From Eledone cirrhosa (Eukaryota), in NCBI GenBank assembly GCA_964016885.1, contig OZ024746.1:744001-808000 (forward strand): a stretch of 64,000 nt of DNA. Direction: 5' to 3'. Of the stretch, positions 40,501-52,900 are shown piece by piece. The translations under genes and the position numbers were made by a program. How positions within the stretch are numbered: position 1 is the first letter of the stretch; every line of letters begins with the position of its first letter. The notes under the pieces were generated by a model. It worked only from the letters and a program-made list of their open reading frames with translations. It did no database searches and was not told the origin of the DNA.

Positions 40501-43500
40501 ATATATATCCATTTTACTATTCTTTTCTAAAAGATATATTGTGGTATTCCTTAACTATTTGTACATTTGAAAGTGTTGATCAAGCAAAACGTGCTAAGCA
40601 GGCATTGAATGGTGCAGACATTTATTCTGGTTGCTGTACTCTCAAGATTGAGTATGCTAAGGTAAATTTCCAACTTGTCACATTTCACTCTTACAATTTC
40701 TATACACCAAATTTATCAGACTTTGCCTCTATTTTAAAGCAGTTCCTCACTACACTAATTTCAATATAACATTGAGAGAAATGTAAATCTAAATTTTCTT
40801 TACTCATCCTATTTTTGTGGAACTTTGACCAACAGTGTTATACAAGATTGACATTAACCACAGCTTCTGCTGGGTTCAAATGTTATACAGCATTTGTTTT
40901 GGCTCATTCTGGGTTCCTGCTGAGGTCAACTATCTTTGATGTTAACATTCCAGTCCATTAGTTGATTCTTCATCTATCCCACTCTCTCTAGAAGAGATTG
41001 GTTGTATTTAGACTCCACCAAGGAAGCCATGGATGGAATGTCTTATTAAATTAACTTTCATGTCTGGGTTTTTTTCAATTCAGTTCAATATTTTTATTTT
41101 ATGTTTTTATTTTATATTTAGCCTACAAAACTGAATGTTGTCAGAAATGACAATGAAAGTTGGGACTACAGCAATCCCTCTCTTGGTAAGATGTAGTTTT
41201 TTAACATTTCTAAACTTAAGGACACCAGCACTGTTATTCTCCTTTCTAGAACTGGTGATAATCTTTCTTAACCTTCGCACTATCCAGTTGTAAATGACGA
41301 TAACTTGCTTAACTCTAACCTATTGAATATTGCAAGCCAAAGGCATGGCTGTAGTTTGTAATAATAGTTGCTACTAACATCTTCAACTCCCTTTTCTTCA
41401 ACACTAAGCAACCAAAACAATAAAATTACTTACTTTCTTGGTTTCTTAGTAATGTCTTCTGGTCTTGTTTAGAGTATTCTCTTCTCTTGCTTAATTGGAA
41501 TAGTTTGTGTGCAAGTTTTTCCTTTGATTCCATAACGGTGCTAGTGGACGACAATACTATTAAAGCAGAACTTAAGGAATTGCTCACCTTTGCTTAGCAG
41601 ATAGCCCAGTGGTGGGAAATCTCCTAGTCAAATTTCTCTGGATAGTGTCTTTTAAATTGGTATAATTTATATTGGAATGTTTTGGTTGTGGTGTACTAAT
41701 AAATTTTTCTAGGTATTAAGTTACCTTCTCATTTAAGGTAGGTGGTTTTAAAATTGTTTGTCCAGGGGATTTTCAATCATTAACTTGTAAAACATAAACT
41801 TTTTTAATTGGGAATTTTGCCTAATAGGTTTCTTTTGGGGGTTTGGTTTAAGGGGTAGACTGCATGCATTACAAAAACACAAGTGGCCATTTCAGATTAC
41901 AAAACAAAGCATTTATCTCCAAAATATTTGCATCAATTATAGAATGAAAACCTTTCAATTACAAAACATTTTCTAAATGTCGTGTCAAATATACTTCAAT
42001 AAACAAACATTCCAAATTTCGTTCCAAAAAAAACATGCACATTTTCTCGAGCACAATCATTTGTATCCTTTGTAAATGACGTGATGACCATGTGCTGACA
42101 GGCAGGGAACTGCTATTGTCTGAAAGATGGTGATGGTATGTTAGTGCCCGGTGAAACCACTTGTTTGTGAAGTTATTCACTAGTTTTATTCTGCACTAGC
42201 TTTTTACATTTAGCCAATTTAAAGTTTAAGTGGTTCCCACAATTTTTCTTTTAATATATATATATAATTTAAAATTTTGAACATTAAAAAAATTTGCCAG
42301 CCCTTTTTTAAACAGTTGCGAAGCAAGTTGTTTGCTGTCTGAGATGCCATCCTTTCCAAATCCCAAACATGAAGACAAAGTTATCTATCTTGAAAGAAAA
42401 AAAAAACATTCGAAAACAAAACTTAAAACATAATTACACAAACATTTGGGTTTTTCTGAAACCTATAAATATAAGACAGCCACATTTAATGTAGAAATCT
42501 AGTGGACATATTACCTTAATGTTCAGAAGTTGTACATCTTCCACCTTTCTATCCAGCAAAATTACAAACAGAAGCAGCCATTCTACATCTAGAACAATAG
42601 AAAAAGTTGCAGCATAAACTCAAGCACAGAAAGATATCAACAACATCCACACAACTCATCTGACCGCCCCACAGGTCAGACTGGAGCATTCTCCACCTGC
42701 AGACAGACTTCCCATAACACAGAAGAAGCACTATTCAGTCAGTCAGACAAAAGTACAACAAGCAAACAATATACAATATCATCATCACCACCACCATCAC
42801 TACCAAGCAGATATACTCACCACCGCACAGAACAAAACATAAAGAGGCCAGGTCCACACAAGGTGACACTATACCCTGTAAACCCATCCATCTGTCTGAC
42901 TCCTACGCTTGTTTGCCTTCCTACAACCAAATCTGGTTAGTTTACTGACCTGTGATTCTGTGTGCATTATACAGGGTGTAGGCCAGTGCAGGCCCGGCCC
43001 TCCTGCTACTACTACTACTGCTGCTGGATGATGATGAGGAGGAGGAGGAAAATGTGTGCAGCATCATGTTGATTGAACCATATCAGGCTCAACTACTTGT
43101 GACCAACAACTACTTGTGACTTTAAACCAAATCGTCATGGCTTCTTCCAATGCTGTTATCTCACCAGAAAATCAACTGGTAGATTTTTTATTTTTCTCCT
43201 TATTTTCCAGGATGTCTTTTATTTTAAAAAAATATTTTTTTAATAATTAAGTTTTCTATATTTATATATATATTTTTTTTTACCACTAATTTTTATTGCT
43301 CTGAAGCCATTTAAGATGTTGGCTTGCTTTCAAAATATCTTGACATGCTCATCTAACATAGAAATTAGGCTATTATGAAATTATTTACTTTCTTTACTTT
43401 AATATTTTTATACATTAATCTTTTTATAATGCTGGAACCTTTTTAGAACAAATGGAAGGTGTAGTCATATTAAATGTGATTTCATTACTGTACGCTGGCT

Positions 43501-46056
43501 GACTGCTGCTGCTGTTACTACCAGATTGTATTGCAACAGATATAGTTTGGAAATCAAGGAACATTGAGTTTGTATACAGAGCAATACTGGTTTCATTGAC
43601 AAGAAGCTATAATCTAAATACTTGTACATGTACACCAAACAACACACATAGGCTGGTTTAAGTATAATTATGTAAGCAGAATAAACCCAGTGAAATGTTA
43701 ATTTTTCAATGCATCCAAATTTCAAGTAGAATTTAACATTTTTCGTTTTAAAACTATGGAATTTTTTCTTTTCTTTTCTTTTCTTTTCTTTTCTTTTCTT
43801 TTCTTTTTTTTAAATAAATTAGTGTGGTGTGGATAACTAAATTAAAACTTTCTCAATTGTTCCCTACCTGTCCTTATATTGTACTATGTAATATCTCAGC
43901 CATCTGACAAGCTTTTCCCCTCATAACAAAACATTTGGATTTAATCTTGTTATGCTTCCTTAAATATATTAAAAAAATTTTTACTTCAACCTCTTCACAT
44001 TCAATCGGTTTCACTTTATTAAATGATTTGTGAAATGCAAACTCCTTTCCATTTATTTTTTAAAATGTATGTATAAAAAAAAAACCTTATATATATATAT
44101 ATGCATTAGTTTATATTGCTGGGGTGAATCTTCCGTTCATTGGTAAGTTCTATTTGTAACATCTTTGGGTAGAAAATTTCCAGTTACATTTATTTCGTTT
44201 TTGTGTGTGGGATCATATGTTGACTTCTTTTCCCCTTTTTTTCTTCTTCTCTCCTCCACTCCTTTCTATCTTCATGTGATAATGGTCCAAATCACTGTAG
44301 TGAGTTTTCTTGTACAGAATTAATATTTGCCGGATCTTGCAACTGGGCTTTTCTTTATCCAACTCTTCGTCTCCTTCCACCACAGGACTTCACTACATTC
44401 TTCTTAGGATGTAGATTTTCTTTCTGGAGGACACAAAGCAAGCTGTTTTATTACATAAGTGCATGAACTGGTTAAATCTTAAAATCATTGGGATATATTA
44501 AACATTTTTTGAAAGGACTAAAGGACTAGGTGAATATGAAATAGTTCCATTTATGAAAATGCACAACTTGTGCTTGATTTTAATACATATTCCGTGCCAA
44601 ATCTCGTTGGTGAAGCTAATTTGCTCACTACATCTACAAATTATTTGCCCAATTTATGTTAGTTTTTATATTCACACATTCGAATGTTTACGGGTTTTTT
44701 AATACCTTTTTTTTTTCTTTTTCTTTTTTTCTTTTTTTTTTTTATTATACACTAAAGTTTTGTTTCGTAATTCAGGATTATAATTTTAGTTAGGTTTTTA
44801 TTGCTATATTTTCTAACAATAATTAAAAATGGTTGGTAATTTCTATTGATCGATCTTATGCCAGCCAAAATCTTAGTAAATTCTTTCAGCTGAGAAAGTT
44901 AAAACTCTAGTATACTAAAAAGGCAACAGCAGTCAGTTTATCTGCGGTTTGTTTGGCAAACTAGTAACTTTACTGTCTGCCGCTTTCCTTGCTTGCTCTG
45001 AGACTTATCTCACCTGTGTCAATTTGTTTCAGGTAAGAGTCCTGTGGTTGCTAAAAATCAGCCTTTGCTGCAAGATCCGCGCTATGCACCAGGGCCCACT
45101 CCCTATGGTGAGTGTCCTCAATCACCAGGTGAAGTATTGTTCTAAAGCTCCATTTTCTTCCTAGTTGTTGTCACATCTCTTAATTGCTCTAGTTTTCAGT
45201 TGCATAAAGTTTAAAATAGAAGAGCTTCTCTGTCTTGGTTACTAGAATTTAAGCAAGTTATTATAAACTCAGTCTATTTGTTTTGACATTTTGGTGCCAG
45301 TTTTCCATACTGACATGGGTTGGGTTGCAGAGAGGACTACATGGGTCACACGTGGATTAAATGGTGCATATAAGCAAATTTTTATTATGACCTAAAATTT
45401 TTAATGTAAAATCTTCAAATATTTTGAAACTTTGCCAATTTGTGGTGTTTAGCTTCACAGAAAATGGCAGGCAGTTGATATTGTGGTATTTTTTTAATAT
45501 GCCTTGTGTATCAATCTCTGCATGATTATCACATTTACATACGTTTAAATTTTGTGACTATATGTCATTTCCTGTGATATCTTGCCTAACTTTGTGGATT
45601 TGAATCTGGTTGGTTTTCAAAGAATTGAAATATACAACCTTATATTGCTAATTAAGCTTGATTAGGAATAACTTGAAAACCTTGTGGTTTACTATAAATA
45701 TATGTATGAAAATTCCTCTTTTATGAGTTTATAGTAACTTTTTTCCCCCCTCATTTACGAGTTTATAGTAACTTTTTTCCCCCCTCATTTACTTTGTTCA
45801 GTTTTTTAGTATTTCATATTAGCAAACTGTACAAAATGAAATACATTTGTGGGCTAGAATGAAACGAAATTCTTTAGTTTTCAAATTAAGTAATTTTGCA
45901 CAGAAATTATTTATTAGAACCATTTAATATTTCGTTATTTGCTTGCTGAATTTAATTCCAATTGTGATCGAAACTCTAATTTGCCATAATATTGATTTGC
46001 TTCATTTTATTCATTTGTTTATTTTTCATATCTAAAGAAGTTGGACTCTTGGGTAA

Positions 46057-46104
<48 letters not shown>

Positions 46105-46911
46105 CTTCTCCTCTCTCTTTCTCCTACTTCCATTTTTATTTTCTTGGATGATTGCTTTTCTAGTGCTTGCTAGTCGTGTCATCTAAGATGTTGTAAAGTT
46201 ACTGTTGTGCTACCTAGTATGTTTTGACTACTATTCCTTTCGTTGGCATTAACACAGTCTATAATTTTCTGGGGTTGGGCTTTGGGCTAGATATAGTTGG
46301 TACTGGACTTTTTTTTTTTCTAGTGTCATCCTCATTGTTTGTGTTTTGTGGCAGCTTTGTCTTTTGCCACACCCCTCTCTCACTCCTATACCTCTATAAA
46401 TATGTGTATATATATTTTTAGATACATACATACATACATGAAATATAAATGGAAATGGGTTTTGTTTATACTGCTGCTTGCTCTGGTTCTTTTCATGTAT
46501 CATGTGAAATGGATTCACAGAGAAAGTTGGTATTATGTGTGGCCATCAACTTCTGAGATTTGTTTATGAATTTTTTAATTTATTCTTCACTAAAATCATC
46601 CATTCAGTTGCCCTCTTTTGTAGATTCTATTGAGAAATGGAGTTTTGCTATCGTTTTAATTGGATTGTTACAAATGTGCAAATTTTGTCTTTTACATTGT
46701 ACTGAGTGAGCTTCCTACCATTTCTGCAATGAAGTACTATTGAAAATGTTGTCTATAATAATGGTTGATTCGGATTTTTTTTATTTTTATTTTTTATTTT
46801 TTTTTCCTTCTTTTTTAAAAAAGTTTTTGAGTGACATTGAATAAATCCCATAATTATTCACTTCCACGAAAATAGAATGAAGATAATTAAAGGCTAGATG
46901 ATGCTTAATAG

Positions 46912-46962
<51 letters not shown>

Positions 46963-49900
46963 TTTGGGAGATTTATAATTCCTGCCTTGTTTTGTCTTGC
47001 CAATCTCCATTTTAATTTGCTTTTTTTTTTTTTTTTTTTTTTTTTTTTGCATTAGTCTTCATTCTTATCTTTTGCTTTCACTCTTAATACACAATGTGCC
47101 ACTAATTTTCCTTGCATGCTTTAATAAGTCACTCCATTGAAAGCACTTTCAATAATTAGCAATAAACCTTTTTTTTATATGAAATAATGGAAAATGTTTT
47201 TGAGCTGCTTTTGTGTAACTTTACTGGAGAATGGCATCACCAGTAAATGGCAAACATTTAGAATTCCAGTATCATTCATCATCTGGTGTTAATAGTGAAA
47301 TGGATCATGATTTAGAAAATATTTTGGTAATGCTGTGTTGCAATGAGTTTTTCTCATGGATAGAAGGAAACTTCAGTTGGAAACTATGAAGAAGAGATTT
47401 GAGGAATTTAACCCAACCCTTCAGTGACTATTTTTAATAAAGTACACTCCATTTCAATTGGGGTTTACTAAAATTATTTTGTTCCCAAGATAGTAATGTA
47501 ACATGGTTTTTATATAAAATTTGTAGGTTGATTTTACTTTAAATAGGAACCTTTTAAAATGGGTAGTTTTATTTCATAGAACTTTAGTGAGTTTGGTCAT
47601 GTTGGTATCAAAAATGTGAATACCTATTTTCATGTCACTGGTTTTTCATCCTTGAACCATTAAATATTTTGATTTTATTTCTGGTGAAACTAACCCTTTA
47701 GGGATATGTTTCTCATGAAATACGTATTTCAGATTATTTTATTTAAATGTGTTACTAAAATATCTTTTAATGTGACAAACCTTTTAGATAAAATTTTTTG
47801 ATTTAGATCTAAACAATGATGATGATTCTAAATTGGACAGTTTTATGACAGGAGGGTTGATGTTTTAAAATAGTTTTAATTAAAATTTGCTATTTTTATT
47901 ACTAAATCTTTGGATCATAACTTAATAGAAATCTTATTTAAAATTGTTGGCTGTGGGTTTTGCTGCTTATTTTTACTTCTTGCCATTCTTTCATGCTTAC
48001 TTTCCAGACATGGCATTTTATTTTAAATCATTTTACAAATTGAGATCTAATTAAAATTGATTTGGTGAAATATTTTTACATTTCTCTTAACTGCTTATAT
48101 CGATGTTTGTGTTGACATATTATTAGTTGTTATAAATTTAAATTTTAGGATCTCATCCAGATGTTCGAAGAGGTGGTGGTGGAGGTCCTGGTATGGGTCC
48201 CCCACCTGGTGGTCATGGATATGGTACACCAGGTCCCATTTATGATGGTGATAACTATGACAACTATTGTGGTGGTGGTGGAGGAGGTGGCCGTGGTGGT
48301 TATGGTATGCAAACTGAGCGTTATGGACCTGGCAGTACTGGAATTCTTGTAAGTATTTGTGTAGATAATGTTCAACAGTTACCTTTTGACAGTCCTATTT
48401 TCTGAGTTTGGAGAAACTCTAGCCATTCTCTACACTTGTATGTTGAGCATGTGGCCATGAAGGGGTAGTGAAATACATGTGACCATGTTTGTAGAATAGC
48501 ATGTCTGGAGTTGAGGCAAGATTTTGTGTACTGATTTTGACATGGAGCCTATTGATTCTTAACATTCTAATGGCTTTGGTAATTCAAATTTCTTCATCCA
48601 CTTATTCCTGTGGGGGCAGTTCTTAAATGTGACCATTTCAGGCCCATCGCCAGTTTTTACGGCATGGAATGGAGAATGTCTTGCTAATGTTTCATACCGT
48701 ATGTTAAGAGTTAATGGTTCTTTAAAATGGAGCAATTGAAAACATTGATCTGATTGTCTAAATCAAAAGTTCAATAAGCAGGAGAATGTAATTGCGTATT
48801 GATTTTAACTATCTTTTCAACTATTGGAATTAAGGAAATCTAAGAGATATAAGCTGTTTTTAGTTGGAGGATGTTTAGATTTTATTGAAATTTAAATAAA
48901 GTTGTGCATTATCAATTTATTAAAATCCAATGAGTCTAGTTGAATGCATTTGTGGTGCCATATTGTTATATGGCGTTTCTAGGGCTTAAACCTGGCAGAG
49001 CCCATCTCTTTAGATCTGAGTACAGTAGGTTTCTTCAAGAGTAGTGTGAATGGAAGTGTGAATGAAAGAGATATAGAGAAAGAATGGAAGTGTGAATGAA
49101 AGAGATATAGAGAAAGAATTGATCCCAGCACTTGACTGGTACTTCTGTTATCGACCTGGAATGGATGAAAGGCAAAGTTAAACTTGGAAATGAAACGAAT
49201 ACCATAAAGTTTTCTAGCGTTCTAACGACTTGTGTGGTTCAATAGCAATCAGTAATCGGTACATGTGGGGTAATGAAATAATTAATTTTTGTAAATCATT
49301 TCAAATTCTTCATTAATTAATTGAAATATTGTATTTTATTAGAGGTACATTCATGAGAGTTTGCTAAAGTCTAGGGTTGTTTTTTTATTTCCTCCTAGGA
49401 CCGTTATGGTGCTCCACCAATGCCACCATATGAAGATCCTAATTCCCGTATGATGGGCCACAACCAAAGTGGTGGTGGCGCCAATGGTCCACAACAAGGA
49501 GCAGTACTTATGGTTTATGGCCTCAATATGGATAAAATTAACTGTGATTCAATTTTCAATTTGTTCTGCCTTTATGGTAATGTGGTACGGGTGAGTGTTC
49601 ATTTTATTCTTATAGAATTTAAATTTTTTAATTGAACTTTGAATTATATATAATTGTTTGTTTTATTTTATTTATTAGATTAAGTTCTTAAAAAGCAAAG
49701 AAGGCTCAGCAATGATCCAAATGGGCGATGGTCAAGCGGTGGAGCGAGTCATTCAAAATCTCAACAGCTGCTACTTTCTTGGTAAAAAGATACAATTGGG
49801 GTTAGTATTTTTTGGCTTATTTTCTTGGTGCGTTGTTTTGATACAGCAAGTGACCCTGCATTTGTTGGAGACTGAACAACTGGAGCCCCTAAATGCAACA

Positions 49901-52900
49901 GTGTAGGGGACTTGCTAAACTACATGCTTGTTTGTAAAAGTTATACTCCAATAATGAGAACTAGGCATATTTCTAAATACCTAGAGATTATTGGCGATTT
50001 TCAAATTTAATTGAAAACTGGGCATTGGCGTGTTTCATTAGAAATATACTAATAGAAGGGTTTATAACAGTTGAATCAGAAACTACAAGAATTTCAGAGT
50101 TGGTGCAGTAATGCACCAGCTTCAGCAATCAGAAGGGAGATAATGGAGCTAAACTACTTGGATGCTGATGGGTTATAGTGATGACATGAATGGTTCATTC
50201 ATGAATATATATTTGGTATTAGGAAATAATAGTAATAAAAGGATGAGTGAGAGACCTTTTTAGCATTCGCATTAATTTTCAAATGTCATGTTTATCTGTT
50301 CGCATTATTTTGAGTTAATCGTACTCAATAGGGTTATCAATTTTATTTGTTTGTAATTTTCTTAATTTTCTATGTGCAGTCTTGAAATTTTGTCAGATGT
50401 TTAAATATCAATAATTTACAATTATATAATTTTACCCGATTTTTTTTATTTTTTTTTTATTAAATTTGACTTTTATGGGCAGGTGAAATTAAGAGGCATT
50501 TGAAGTATCAACCAGGTGCAAATACTGGTTTAATTTTAAATACGTTGTTTTCGGCATAATACATGATATATAAGGATCACTAAACCTTATACCAGTGTTC
50601 CAGTAATTCCAGTCTTGGAAATTTTTTTTATACCAAACATAATATTTACGGTAAAAAATGCTTGCATTTCCGCAGCATTCGCCAAACAGATCGGGTTTTC
50701 CTCGATTTGAAATCTTGTTGGGCATATCGATTAATCTCTTCTGCTACAACTTCAAAGAAAGTTTGTGGTAAAAAACAAACAGAAATAATCCAGTGCTTTA
50801 GCATCGGGAGCTAATGAGTATTGTGGACCAGTATTTTGAATAAAATCAGGAACATATATTGGTGTGGTATTTTTCAACCACGTTGCTGTAATATTTTCAA
50901 TGGTGTTCTGGAGATCTCCTTCGTTTTCACTTTCAAAACAACAATCATCGTCGGATGAAATTTCAGAAATGTAAACATCTGATTCATTTGAAGATAAATC
51001 ACTAATATTATCGTTTGATTCTTGTTTATTCTGAATGTCATCGTATGTAAAACCTTCAAAGTCGGTATCGTTACTTTCACAAGCCATGTTGATACACAAA
51101 AGATCTGTTCTACTTTTAACGTTAAAAAAACACGTTGTTTTAAGTTGTTTCGCTATGTTAAGTGTTAATTTTCATACTAAGGACCTAATCTCGAATTGAC
51201 GAGATTTTGATGATGGTATTTATTTTTAGAAGGATATTTTAGTGCGAGTGTTATTGGGCGGTTTGAACACTAAAGGGTTAAGGCCTTCAATTTTTTTCCT
51301 TGTGAAAATGTTATTTTCATAATGGTGGGGAGAAAAGAATTATATTGGCAAGGGTGGAGCTTTGAAATAGATTTTTCTACTAAAATTATTCTGTATCTAT
51401 TTAAAATCTTTGCAGCAGTGATATACTTTTCCTTGTGATAATTTTGAGTTTCTTTATTACAGATATTCTAAGCAAGCTTTTCTGCAGGATGTTCCCAATC
51501 CACACACTCTTCCAGATGGATCGCCATCGTTCAAAGATTTTATGGGCAGTAGGAACAACCGTTTCACTAACCCGGAAGCTGCAAGCAAGAATCATATCCT
51601 TTTTGATTTTATATTAATTTCTGGTTATATGATGAAAAACTGTTTCCACATATAGTGTTCGAACTTTTAAGTGCATTTCCTTATCTATTAGATTTTTAGA
51701 ATGATCTAATTGAAATAATGCCCCTGGTTCTTTGAAACAGTCTTCTTCACCTACTTATTCCTGGGAGGGTCATGTACCTTCCTGTAGGTCCTCTCGGAAA
51801 CAACTGTCTTAAATTGGTCTGACTGGATCTCTGAGCAAGACCTGTAGAGCTGGTAGATGTTAATTTCCTCTCGGTCTTCTGCCAGTTGGTTTTACCCGTA
51901 TTCTTTCCTGTGACATTTTAACTACATGTCCGTAATAGCAAAGCTGTGATCTCTCAATTGAAACAAGTAGTATCTCTACCTGGAATGGCTCTCTCTCTGA
52001 GCCACTTGTTTTAAATCAAAATCTTCCAATATTCCAGCATAATTTTATATATGTTTAATGAAATAATGATTTTCTTCATTGTCCACATATTCCTGAGAGA
52101 GTTGTGGGGCAGTGTCCTATCAGAAGTGACCATATCCAACCATCTTCCTCTGGGTTTCCTGCCAGTTGGTTTTGCCCATAAAATCTGTCCAGTGATTCTT
52201 TCCTGAAACAATCTAAACACATGCTTTAGAATCAAAGCTGTGATCTATCAATTCGGAGAAGTAACAGCTCTACCTGGAGTGACTGATCTCTGAGCTACAC
52301 TCTATCGAGTAACATTACTCCAAAGACCCTTCAGAGGAATCCCATTTCAGCTACTTATATTCATGATAGTATTTTTAGTCAATCTTCAAAATTCTTCATT
52401 AATTAGTTATTTGTTTGGCTTTAGTTTCTAAGATTTGTGTTTGTCCTTAACCTGTATTAAGTATCCAAGGGCCTGCTAAAGTACTACACTATTTCAATGC
52501 TCCACCCAACATAACAGAGGATGAAATCTGTCAGGTTAGTTAATATTTATTTTTGGTGTGATTACTATATTGTGTACTAGCAGTGGTACCTGGCGTTGCA
52601 CGAGATGAGGTATTTTGGAACGCGGGCCGCCAACAGACCTAATCTTGGAGAAAATAAACCGAATACTCTGATGGCTGGATAATCTTTAAGATTTCCTCGA
52701 TGAAGCAGGAAAAATGCAGGTTTTCACCTAAGAGATCAAGAAAATGAATTTGTTTTTATGTGCATAATATGCCTTAAAATTTTGGGAAAATCGGCTAGAC
52801 GTAACGCCTCCAAAAAGTCCTGAAAAAATGAAGTTTTTCACCTAATGCGGGCCCTAGGCCATAAAAAGTTGGATTTTCTTTTGCTCATGGTATGAAGAAG

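Noticed and set aside
42081-42123. Box C/D snoRNA (GTGATGA...CTGA)
   Set aside because: The boxes span only about 43 nt, too short, and there is no terminal stem.
44340-44476. Additional cassette exon after CCACCACAG (44385); a similar acceptor lies near 43524
   Set aside because: Acceptor-like sequence but no convincing donor; cannot be supported without transcripts.
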